From Marsupella aquatica (Eukaryota > Plantae > Marchantiophyta), in the NCBI GenBank assembly GCA_973895155.1, contig OZ316898.1, positions 18,032,752 through 18,096,751 of the forward strand: DNA of 64,000 nt, read 5' to 3'. How positions within the stretch are numbered: position 1 is the first letter of the stretch; each line of letters opens with the position of its first letter. Shown here piece by piece: positions 13,286 to 25,200 of the stretch. The translations under genes and the position numbers were made by a program. The notes under the pieces were generated by a model. The model saw only the letters and a list, made by a program, of their open reading frames with translations. It was not told the DNA's origin and ran no database searches.

Positions 13286-15335
13286 ATGGCCGACTACCAT
13301 TTTGTGTACAAGGATGTGGAGGGGACGAGTACACAGTGGGATGATATTCAGAGGAAATTGGGGAACAAACCGGCCAAGCCGGCCCCCTTCAAGCCTCCTG
13401 CTTGGGAGGCTGCTGAGGACGAGGAGTCGAAGGTGAAGAACAAAGATTGGCTGAGAAGCAAGAACGCGGAGGAACTGGAGGAGCTTGCGGATGATCCAGA
13501 GCTGGACGACGATCGTTTCCTCGAAGAATATCGGTGAGTGTGGGGTTCGATTTTAGGGTTTGCAAATCAGTTGCGGAGTTGAAATGCCCACCAGATTGAA
13601 CACAACGGTCTCTGATCGAGTATGAAAATCGCATATCGTGGGAGCTTTCTTCCACCTCTTGTCGCCAGTAATTGGATGCCGAAATTTGGTATGCAGTGTA
13701 CTTTAGCATAGAATGCAAATGTTCAGCTGAATAAATGCAGATGCCAGCTACACTTTGTCTCCATTGTAGCCAGCAGTAGTTCGAATCCTTGAGATCAGAG
13801 GTAGCGTTCTTTTGCCGTTGAAATGCCAAGAACTGTTATACTTTGGTGCGGTTTGCTGCGTTAGAGCGTTGTTGATCCACATTGTTTTGGTTAGTGAATG
13901 CATGGTTTTCAACTTTGTAGTCCCGGGGACGCTTTCCGGAATGGTCCATGATCTCTCCCTATGTCCCCGGGACAAGGTCCGAGTTGGCAAGGCGATACAA
14001 CGCTGTCCGTATCCTCTTGGTAACTTGATTGTTAATAAGCGAGTCAGAATCATGGCTCTTGCTTTCTTGCTTCCGTCTATTATCTGGTTGTCGATGATAT
14101 GCTATTGGTCTCTGGCTTCAGGGAGTCCCTGTTTCATTTTCTGTTGGGACCAGTAGGTTTCGGAATCAGGTCATTCTTTCTTGCATCATTGAAATACCAT
14201 ATCCAGAGAAGGGAAGGTATATGCAAGCTTGATGGTGATTGACGTTTATTTTCCTTTCTCAGGAAGAAGCGAATAGCTGAGCTGGCTAGTAAAGCGAGGA
14301 AAGCCCGCTTTGGATCCGTTCTACCGATCACTGGAGCAGATTTCATCAGGGAGGTGTCCCAGGCTCCTTCTGATGTATGGGTTGTGGTCCACCTCTACAA
14401 AGATGGGTTAGTTCTATTTGACTTGTTGTAATTTTCTCCAGCTCACTTTGAGACCAAGTGGTGAAAATTATGTGAGGAGATGAGCTTGTTTATCTTTCTT
14501 CTTTAGTGCTTCAAGTTCAACTGTCATCCCAATTTACGTCAGAACGGTTGTGTTTATAGTAGGAAGAGTATTATGATTATTGCTACCTTTCAACATTCGA
14601 AAGTCAATTTATCCGACTCTTTATTGGGATTTTGTCGTCCCTCATTATGTCAAAAAGAATTTGATGCGAAGAAATTTGTCCTTTTGGTGGCAGGAATTCT
14701 TCTTCTGAACTGCTGGGCCAATGCTTTGACGATCTAGCTGCCAAATACTCAGGAACAAAGTTTGTAAAAATTGTTTCCACGGATTGTATCAAAGACTACC
14801 CAGATTTCAACTTACCAACAGTACTTATCTACAACGACACCAATGTCAAAGCCTCACTGGTTGGTCTTCATCACTTTGGAGGTCGAAAGTGTACGCCAGA
14901 AGGTTGGTATTGTTTTTCCCAGTACTGTGAGTAAGTAGGAAGTTGGAAAACTTTTACACTTGTTAATGCCGTTGTTGTAAGTGCATTAGTGTACGAATAA
15001 TCAAGAACGAAAACCGGTCAGTTTGTGTTCAGTTCAAGGATTTAATTAGAGGCCTTCTAGAACTTTAGAGGATCTTTTGCCTATTAATTTTAAGCTCGGC
15101 GATGATTACTTGACCTAGGAGTTGTTGGTCCGATAATTTATGGGTCTGAAATAATCTTTGAGTTGTTGCAGATGTGGCCTTCAAATTGTGCCAGATAGGA
15201 CCTGTTCTCACAGGCCCGGGAGATGATGGAGATGGTTCCCAGGAGACAATCAAACAGAAAGTGCAAAGAGACTACATAGAAAAGCTGGTTACTAAGCATG
15301 AACAAAGCCGGGATGATTCTGAGGAGGATGACTAG
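13286..15335 (+). CDS. PDCL3: Phosducin-like protein, PhLP2 subgroup (PDCL3/VIAF/Plp2-like CCT cofactor), 254 aa
   Basis: Exons 13286-13533, 14263-14406, 14694-14902, 15172-15335, all GT-AG, 765 nt in frame. Motifs MADYHFVYKDVEGTSTQWDDIQRKLGN, FLEEYRKKRIAEL, RFGSV, VWVVVHLYKDG, TKFVKIVSTDCIKDYPDFNLPTVLIY; acidic tail. Confidence 0.95.
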
Positions 15336-16268
15336 GTTGCAAGGTGTTGCAATACCAGCTGCTTACTGCCTAAATACTTTGCACTCTGATTGTGGACCAG
15401 TCCAGAATTATTGCAGGGTGTCAAGGAGATGATATTAGGTTTCTTGGATTAGGAGATGATTCTGGGGATGACTGCGCGGTTGCAAGGTATTGATTTTCTC
15501 TGTAGCTCCTGTGATTAATGAAGGCTTTTGCACCCTGATATCAATCAGTCTTAATGTAGAGCAACATGCGAAGTAACATCACGTTCAGTTTCCTGGATAA
15601 GAGTATTCTCCCAGACTAGATTATTTTGTCGGGTGATTCTGGGAGAGGTTTCAACAATATTACGGTAGCTGCTTGAGCATGGCGACGAATATTTGAATTG
15701 CTTTTACGGGATTGTAGATCTGGCCACAATGTTCAAGTTTATAATCTTTGCTGAGCGGATGTTGTATCAGGTGGAAAGTGCTGTGTGGATCTTTGAATGC
15801 ATAAATTTGGATAAGAATTGAGAAGTACACTGCTAAAACGTACACATATTTCATCGAGGTAAAATCATCTAGGCTTAGACACACCAATACGGCCCATCAA
15901 ATGACTGGCCAACGTACTCCCGTTAGAACTACAATTCAGATTACAGTGACTCAGAAGAGCGATCAATTTCATGATCCTGACTATATATGGAGCAAGAGGA
16001 ATCCTCTTGTGTGTGTTCGATTGGAGGCATTGTTATTCCAGCTTGGAATTTCAATAGCTACATCTGAAGCTATCATTGAGGGGATGTGTGAGAGGCTTAT
16101 TTTCTGCCTTCATTTGAGGCTTTTGATGTTAATAACAACACTGCCACATGTGAAGGAGCAAAGTTTTCACGCGCCCCATCTCGAGATCGAACGGCCTGAC
16201 ATAGGACGTAAGGGCACAAGCATGTAAAGTTCCCAAGATTATTTGGAATGGAAGGGCTTGCCTGTGTC

Positions 16269-19200
16269 TCAGATGAGCAGGGGAAACTTCATCCTCCATA
16301 CTGTCGCTTTCACCTTCAGGAGCGCTTTTCTCAGTTTTCTCATGGAGGAACTCTTCCTAACTTTTGCTGTCTCAATCTCTACCTCATTCTTTTTGTCTGT
16401 TGGGTTTCCCGGTTGCTGGCCACATCTTGTTTCCTCAGCTTCAATAATGCTTCTCTCAATCTCCAAAAATCTCCAAACTGACATCTCCCAGTCTGCTTGC
16501 AACACGGGTTGCAAGGATCATTCAACAGGGCCGAGATGTGAATAGAAACATCTGACTAGTATTGAGACAACTGATTCATCCTCATGAGGCATACATATTC
16601 TCACTATGCTATCAGCAGTTCAGAATATTATCCTACTACTGCTCTTATTTTATAGGGAGCACCATCAATGTGAGGGTAATATCATTTGCTTCGGTGACAA
16701 TTTTGTATGGACGTCCCCAACTGATGTATCGAACAGGAGTTCGCTAATTCGGGGAGCAAAAATGGCCTAGTACATGATAAGAAGCTCTTAACACCTGTGT
16801 TCCTATCAACATGGATGACAGGGCACTGATTGATTGCTAATAGCAGTACTGAACAATTCCCTCTGAAATAACCTCTCGTCCCCCAAGATCAATAACCTTC
16901 CCCATCCAGAACGTGCAAGAACTCCGTCAGAGCAAATAATCTCGATGGTCCCATGATGACAACAGCAGTGGCAGCCTGTATCCATGTGGAACCTGGACAA
17001 AATCCATCAGAGCAAACTGTCTCCATGGCTCAACGACGAAAGCAGCAGCGGTAGTCTTCCTCCATCGACGCTAAAAAAATTTCACCAGATCAAAAAAATG
17101 TAATGTACAAACAGATGACCAAAATCTAAGGTCCCTCAAGACCAGCACATCGCCAGTACAAAGCTCTTTGTGTTCCAGGAGAGGCTGTCCATTCAAAAAT
17201 GCCATGGCTCCTGGTGCGACCAGCCGGGCCACCACATACCCCTTCTTTTGCACGCACCGGTCAGCTGGCATATATATGAACTCAGTATGATCTTCTGAGA
17301 GCCCATTTACAAAGATATGAGCTCCCGTGTTTGATCCCAAGCGGTTGACTCCCTCTTTGAGGAAATGGACCGCGCGGCGACTTGGAAATCCGCACATTAT
17401 CTTGTAGGAGCCACTGCCTGCGGCTGGGCTACGGCTTCGTGCCACTCTTGTTCTCAGGAGAGAGCAGTTTCCCGAAGTTTGAATGAAGAATGGTGTAGTA
17501 GTTTGGAATGTTAGCCGCTCCACTCCAGAATACCGCACATGTCGTAACTTGGAAGGACGGTAGTACCTTCTCGACGCGAAACGCTGGTCATCAACAGCCG
17601 AATCGGAGAGGTAGCTCAAAATCCTGATCTTCCCTGGAGTTGCTAATGCCAAGAATGGTGGCCTTTTGACAGTCGGACGCTTTCCTTCCTGTACAGACCT
17701 TTTATCATGAGCAGCAATCCGCAAAATGATGAAGACCCACAACAAACAGATATGTTGGAGTGAATTAGATAGATCTGTTTTGTGATTCGTAGAATATCCA
17801 AGACCGAGGGCCGTTTGAGTTGCGACCTCTGCCTTGGAGGCATGTTGGGGTCGGGGAACAAGTCCACGGCATCTGTTTGCCGAGATGAACCTGGATTTCA
17901 AGCACTTTCTCTTAGAGCGATTGCTATACCATTCTATCCTACTCCTTAACTTGGCCAAAGTCCATAAAGAACACAAATGAAACGCTTCCTCGGCTGGTCC
18001 ATTCCCAGACCTTTTCTTTTGCCCAGTGAAGTCACGCAGCCAGGACAAGCAAACACTGTTCTGGTTCCTTACTAGTTGCCCATCAGGACATTGACCATTC
18101 TCGCATTCTCCGTGGACTTCCAAATTCTCCCCCGGGTTGCTGAATGGGTAATGCTGCTCGATTGTATGAGTTCGAGGAATGCTATCGACGAGGTCTCCAT
18201 CCCTTTTCGTTAAAAATCCAGTGTTAGTACTGACTGAGTCGAACCTTTCCTCTACAACGTGATCAATGCCATCCAGGTCCCCACTGCCTGGTTGTTGTCT
18301 AACTTGTGCCATTCCACAGTCTCTAGGGAACGCTTCAACACCACTTTCAACTACTCTGCAATGTGTGCGTTGTAGCAAACCCCCAACATTGCTGGCTCTT
18401 ACTTGCTTCAATTTGACATCCTGCAGAATCTCCATACCCGTTACATGGTCACGATAGCCTTGGGGGTTCTGATGTTTGCTGCCCGATGAAGCATTCCAAC
18501 TAGCTTCCTCATCGGTGTTAAGAGTCTCAGCATCGCTCTCTGTCACCAAGTAACTAGGCTCTGACAATGTAATTTCGTGATGATGCTGCCAATTTTGAAC
18601 CACAGAGTCTTTTCTCACCACTTGATGAGCTTGATGCTGCCATTGTTGAGCCAAAGAATCTTGCTCACAGTTCTGATATCCAGAGTTTCGGATCTTGCAC
18701 TCTTCCCAGTGACTTTGGCGCCCCACATGAATGTCCCCAAGGTCGACTGACACCCTTCCCCTGTTCTCAAGGTCAAGGGGCTTTGAGGCTTTGAATGCTC
18801 TGGAAAAGGTTTGATGTCTGAAGTCACTGGCTCCAAGAAGCTTCCAACACGCTTGATATTGCTCATGACAAGGATGCCCCTCCTCCCAGTTAACTTCACT
18901 GCCATTATCGCCAGCCTCAAGTACCTTGGGAGTCATGGGATTGACATCTGATGACACTCCCCAACAACCAGTTCTGGATGTCTGGAACTCACTAGCAGTA
19001 GCACAGAGATCTATCGAGCTCGTTTGCAGCCCAACATTTGCCTGAATGGGCACCGTGGTCGGTACAACGACAATGGAGTTATCTTGGGAGGCTCCACAAA
19101 ATCTACATCGAAAGCGATGCCATGCTTCTACAGCTCTGTATGTATCCGAATTGTTGCAATTAGCTTCAAGTGCAAAACTATCTGTTGACGTGCTTTGATG

Positions 19201-22200
19201 CCTTACATCTACGGAACCATGGTCCTCAAAATTTGAATCACCGCCAAACTGTACACCATTGTCAACCCTTTCGCCAAGTTGTGAGGCCCTAACACCGATG
19301 CTATCCCACTTGGTTTGAAGGCCAACATCAAGTGTCCCAAGGGTCGTCAAATTCGTTTGCAGCGTTGCATCTATAGCTCTACCACAATTATGCAATGCAG
19401 GTGGACAGCCAACATCGCCAGATGAATGTTTCAAGTCACTCTGGGATTCTTTATCGTCCCCTGCCCTAACTTTCAAGCTGGTATGCCCAATACTGACGGC
19501 CCCTCCGTCTCTCAGAGATGCGTGCTGCACCGCAGAAGTACCCGAGCACTTCAGTAGAGTTCTATGTTGGCCACACCGCACGCCACCTGAGGTTTTCCGT
19601 TCGAATTGTTCCTTTCTCTCCTCTACTAGACCAACTCTCAAACCTGCTTCATAGTTGACGTCAATAGCCCCTAAATTTGCCAGAACATTTGGATGGCCGA
19701 CGCCCACAGCACCGGTGCGTTTCCAATAACCATTATATGGATTCATAACAGGGCTTGCATCGGTTTCCTTTGAAATCATCATTGAGCTATAGTCATGTGG
19801 TTTAGATGAATACAAATACAGCTGCTCATCATCAGCCTTACAGTCGTTCAAGTTGTGAGGTTTCCTATGAGCGCCTTGGTCGTCCACTTCACCTTGGTGC
19901 CCCACATCATCAGCCTTGTAGTCGTTCAAGTTGTGATGTTTCCTATGAGCTCCTTGGTCGTCTACTTCAACTTGGTGCCCCTCATCTGATGTCCCAAAGT
20001 CTCTCCAACTATCTGAAGCCCCTAAGTCGACCAAGCTGACTTGGTTCCCGGCGTCTATGGTAGGAGGCTTTTTCAATGTAACTTGGAGACCAGCATCTGA
20101 TGCGCCAAATTCTCTCCAATCAATTTGGTGACTGACGTCCAATTGATTTACAGGGCAATTGGTTGCCTCCTTCACCCCATGGTCCTGGAACCTAGTTTGA
20201 TGGGCTGCATTTGTTGAACAATACTCAGCTGGATTTGTTTGCTCAGCGTCATTAAGCCCCCAACCTTTTCCTGTTGTTTGACTTCCAATATCAATGCCTG
20301 CAAGGGCTTTGTATGAAGTTTGCAATCCAATATTAGTAGGACTCCCGTGGCTCGATGAAATGCAACTCTCAGCTTGTACATTTCCCCAGTTGCGCGAGGT
20401 TATCTGATGCCCGTCATCAACATTCCCAGAATCTCGATGTACAATCTGATTTCCAGCATCAATGAATTCCCAGGTTGGCGATGTGATCTGATTTCCACCA
20501 ATTTCCCCACTGTTACGCATTTTGATCTGGTTTGCAGCATCAATGTGCTCCCTGTCCAGCATTGTAACTTCGTCGTTTTGCAAGGTAGCCCAAATCGTGT
20601 CATCAATATCCCCTCCGTCTCGCGAAGATTCTTGGTTCCAAGAATAAGCACCCTCCCAGTTTTGCATTGGTAACTGATTTCCAACATTACCATCCCTCCA
20701 GTCTCTCGAAGCAACCTGATTTCCGCAATAGACAGCTCCACCATCTCCCAAGTCAGTTTGCTGTCCAAGATAAACAGAACCACAACCCTGCTGGGTGCTT
20801 TGGAAACAGACGTCCTCGACCAAACAGTCTCTCAGAGTACTTTCCTCAGAGAGAGTGACAATTCCCAATTCTCTTAAGGCGACTTGAAGTCCTACATCCA
20901 TGCCCCCAAAGTCCTTGGCAAAGGCTTGATGCCCAGAATCACAAGCACAGACGTTCAAGATTAAGGTTTGATGCCCAAAGTCAACTCTCCCAGAGTCCTG
21001 GAGTGCAGTTGGATTACCCATGTCCATTGCTCCTCCGTCCTTTAGTGCTATCTGGAAGCCTGCATCGCAATTCTCATTTCTTGAGGTGGTTTGCTGTCCA
21101 TTATCTGCAGTGCAAGCGGCAGGGTAAGTGAAATGATGGCCTTAGCATCAAGTATGGATCTCATGGGCTACTCCCGACACCAATGTGAAAAGTCTACAAG
21201 AAAAGTGGGAACTAGCTAGCCATACCTTTGACATGGTTTTCCGTTTGACTTCCTCTGTCGACATGCTGAGGGAGCTTTTTCACACGACTACCATCACGGT
21301 CGAAACGATTGCGCTCAACCTGTTAAATGATGCAGGATGAGTGTATAGATTATCTTCATGAAGAGCAAGGTCCAGCGTCTCACAAAAATGCTGAGCTATG
21401 AGATCAAGTGCTAATCATTAAGTATACGATAGAGGTCCTTTTCCAGTTTTCTCTGGAGATAGATCACCCAAACAAACGCGAAAGATGATGGTTCTTTGAA
21501 TTCGTGCCGCCCCTTATAGGGATCCTTTGGCCTCAAGTCTCTCCTATTGTTTTCTTGAGTACGGCATTCACGTTGCAAAACGGCGAGAAATTGAGGAGAA
21601 GGGTAAAGAAAGGACCTGAAGACCAACATCTAAGCATGGAACTTTGAACCCTTGCAGTGAAGGACGCTGGTCAGAGGGAGCATTCTCTTTCACAGACGTG
21701 AAGGATGACAACAAAGTACGCAGAGTGCAGATTTCTTCCTTCAACGTTTTTATCAATTTGTTCCTTGGATCCTGATCCAGAGCTACTGGAGGCGGTATTC
21801 TGCTTGCTGTGGTGGCATATCGCAGTGTATTTATACTTTCTCGAAGGTCCTGAATTTGAACTCCGTGGACCAAAAAATTAGATATTCCAGCCAGAATATT
21901 TCTAGTGTAAAGTCTAATGTTCTATCTATGGAATCTGTAACTTCGAATGTCAAGAAGAAGATCGATAGGCGATTCATTTCTATCGGACTGAATGAAGTGG
22001 AGACAAGGCACAGACGATTCCTGAGGGAAGGTAATTCATTCCGCTGCCCGACCCGTTTGAGTTCAATTCTCTCGTGCCGTTAGAATAAGATTTCAGGAAT
22101 CATATATTAAGAAGATATATATCATCAATTAGCTACAGTGCCTTATTGTAGTGTATTATCCAATGTACCCATGTGATTTTAAGAACAGAACAGGGAAAAA

Positions 22201-25200
22201 TCCATACACAAGAGTTTGATAGTAATTAGATAATTGGCTCCCCAGACGAAGCTTCTTTGCCTTCCACCTAAGCTGCCAAGAAGAACCCGAAGCCAATCCC
22301 AGGGAATATCTAGGGTGGATCAGAGATGATCCAAGCTTTGAAACAGACCTTGATCCTCTACAGGTCTTAATTTTAATCATCAAGATCACGAAAGTACCTT
22401 CTCAGTAGGTGAGATGTTGGCCACCATGAAGGTCCGACTATTGCCTCCAAGTGACTCTTTCAAGAGCCAAGTCAGTACGGAGTTCCGATATGAAACAAAG
22501 CTGCTTTTCGACAGACTCAGAATCACCTGTTGCATAATCCATAGGCGAAGGTGTTTTCGTAAACAAGAAGCATCAAAAATCACCTTACACAACGAATATG
22601 CATGATTGATTCATATTTGGCACAACTTGCTTAGGAAGAGAGGCAAAACACCAATTGAAAGATGGGTGAGAGAAGTCGTCGGTCACGTCCTTTCACATTC
22701 TCATCCTGCTTTGGTTGTGGTCAAATTGACTGACAAGGGGACACGAACATGCGATGCGCCAAACAACTTTGCCATGTACCTCATTCAATTGTGAAAGGGA
22801 CCGGTTGATGCATCTTGATTCTTCCTGAGTTCGTTGACCTGTGACAGCTCCCGAGCAAAGCTTAGGTAGCTTCTCACTCCCTGCCAGTTTCAACAACATA
22901 CGAGGCCATGCAGAGGTGGTTAGCTCGCTTCAATTCGTCACCACTAGAATATAAACAGCCTCTTGACCTGGAAAACAAGTCCTTTACAGCACTGTGATCA
23001 TGCTTACCGGCAAGATCCACCAGGTTGATGTAGCTCACAGAGCTTGGATGGACCCCAAAGAGATCAGGTCCAAGTTTCTACACATTACATTGAGCTCTTA
23101 GATGAATGAAAACATCTTTCCACAGGACTCACGTCATGTCCTTGAAATACGGTCCTTAGTTCCCTACCTAAATCCATTTTGATCTTGGTGCTCTGCAAAT
23201 TAGATGCATAGTTGATGCTCATGACGAACCGTATGCCATCAAGTGTTTCAACAAAGCCCCCCTAAAGTAGAATTGCTCACTTTTGTCAACCTGATAGAGA
23301 ATACTGCATGGCTACGGCTTGACTGCTCGTTCATATCTGTTGCTGCAGTGGTCCGACTTGTAGAACCCTGTTTCATCAGAGTCTCCATATCATACCAGGT
23401 GCACACATCTTTCCACAATAGGCCTTCCACAAAGGGTCCTGTGATTGGATGTTCTCGTATTTTGAGGAAGTTTTGTTTTCTTACAGGGGAAGCTTCCTCT
23501 AAAACTGTTGGAAAAGTTCGATAATGTTTGTGAATTTTCTGTTTATTGAATACAGTATCAAAGGCAGGCTTGGTCTTCGGACTTCTAACTTTGTTCGCGG
23601 CTCCATCGTGAGCTGAGCTGTACTGTGATTTCTCGCGAGGAGACTTCTCTCCATCAGATTTAACTCTGTGGTGCCTTTGAGATGCGTCCAACTGCCGCTG
23701 GAGGGCTGCTTTGTTCAGGAATGAACTAGTGTACGAGTTCTCAGTCAGACTTCCTGCATAGGAGTGCATCACCCTCTCATCTAGTTTGTTGCCAGAACCA
23801 CCATGATACCTCATTTCTGTGTTGCTACCACGAGGACGGACCTTCTCGTTGCTGGTCATTCCACTTGAGTCCAAGAAACTTTGAGGGAGGGATGTTGCCT
23901 TGGACTCTTCCTCCACTTCATCCTCAGCTAAAAGATCTCGAATCTTCTCTTGGTATATCTCCAGATAGCTGACCTAAAACAATATATGCCAGTTTCTGTG
24001 CAATTTTTTAGACTGCAGTGTGAATAACCTCGAAAATCACAAAGCCATTTCAAGACTCAGGTGCGTAGGAGTCAATTCACGCAATACTTGTCATCTGCTT
24101 CCCATCCACGAAAGACCTTAAGCAACTGCTTTTGTTATTCATTTTCGTATGATATTCTTATCAAAAGTACACAACTTCAATAATCCATATATATGAAATA
24201 GTATCTGTCCAATCTCTAAGGAGATACTGCTGACTTGTTTTTCAAAGAGGATTTCTCTGATTCACCAGCCAGGTCTCGTGAACATGTGATGATCGACAAA
24301 GGTAAAGATTAGTGGTTGCAGTAGTACCTGAACAGTGTAGAGAACACCATTGGTGATCTCTTCATTGATCTTTGTCATGAGGTCACTGGCTAATCGAGGG
24401 ATCTGCACAATTGCGTCTGTTGGCATTTCAGATCCGAAGGATTTTCCTTGACACGAAGTAAGTTTCCTCTGATTGTTTGTGTCTCGAATTTAGTCTTAGA
24501 TATGGAGTGAGCAAAACGATGAATATTTCCTAAAATATTCATCTCAATATTCCTAAAAAAATTCAATTTTTTCGGACAGTTTGGGATTAAATCTTAAAGC
24601 TTCCCCGTAGTTCGGACAAGTCCATTTCATGTTAGTTTTTGCTACATCAGCAACGACCCCTTCGGCAGAAAACAATTGAGATATATTTAAGGTGATCAGA
24701 ATTGGAGAAAGATTGGGTATTTCTTCTTAGCTATGCGAAAGTGATTTTGAACTTACAAGACCTCTGCCAGATTTTGTGTTGTCACCCATCATGGTGTAAG
24801 TTTTACCCGATCCAGTTTGTCCATACGCAAGAATCTGTAGAGACGAAATATGGCTGGTGAGATTCGGTTTAGTTTACCTTTGCGTCATCGGTTTACAACA
24901 CGTTTTTTTAATTGAGAACAAATCCATTTTCAGTAAAAGTGAAAAAATTACAGTCCATTCAATGAAGGCTATTTCGCAGTTCACGTGTTACCCAATCGCC
25001 GATCAGGAAGTCATACACTCTAGAGAAGATACAGAGATCTCACTTAAAGGCAGGAAGGTATTCTAAGGGTAATCACAAAAGACATTCAGTGGAAGAAATG
25101 AATCTGAAACAAAAATTCCCCGGTAAATGCAAGTCCTCACTCCGGGCGAAGTCAAACAAGCAAATGCCTAATTTTTTAAGGAAGTAGGTGTCCGAAAAGC

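Noticed and set aside
16806-17000. Cys/His-rich peptide (GCHCCCHH) as a separate gene
   Set aside because: More likely part of the unresolved kinesin 3' exons or a chance frame.
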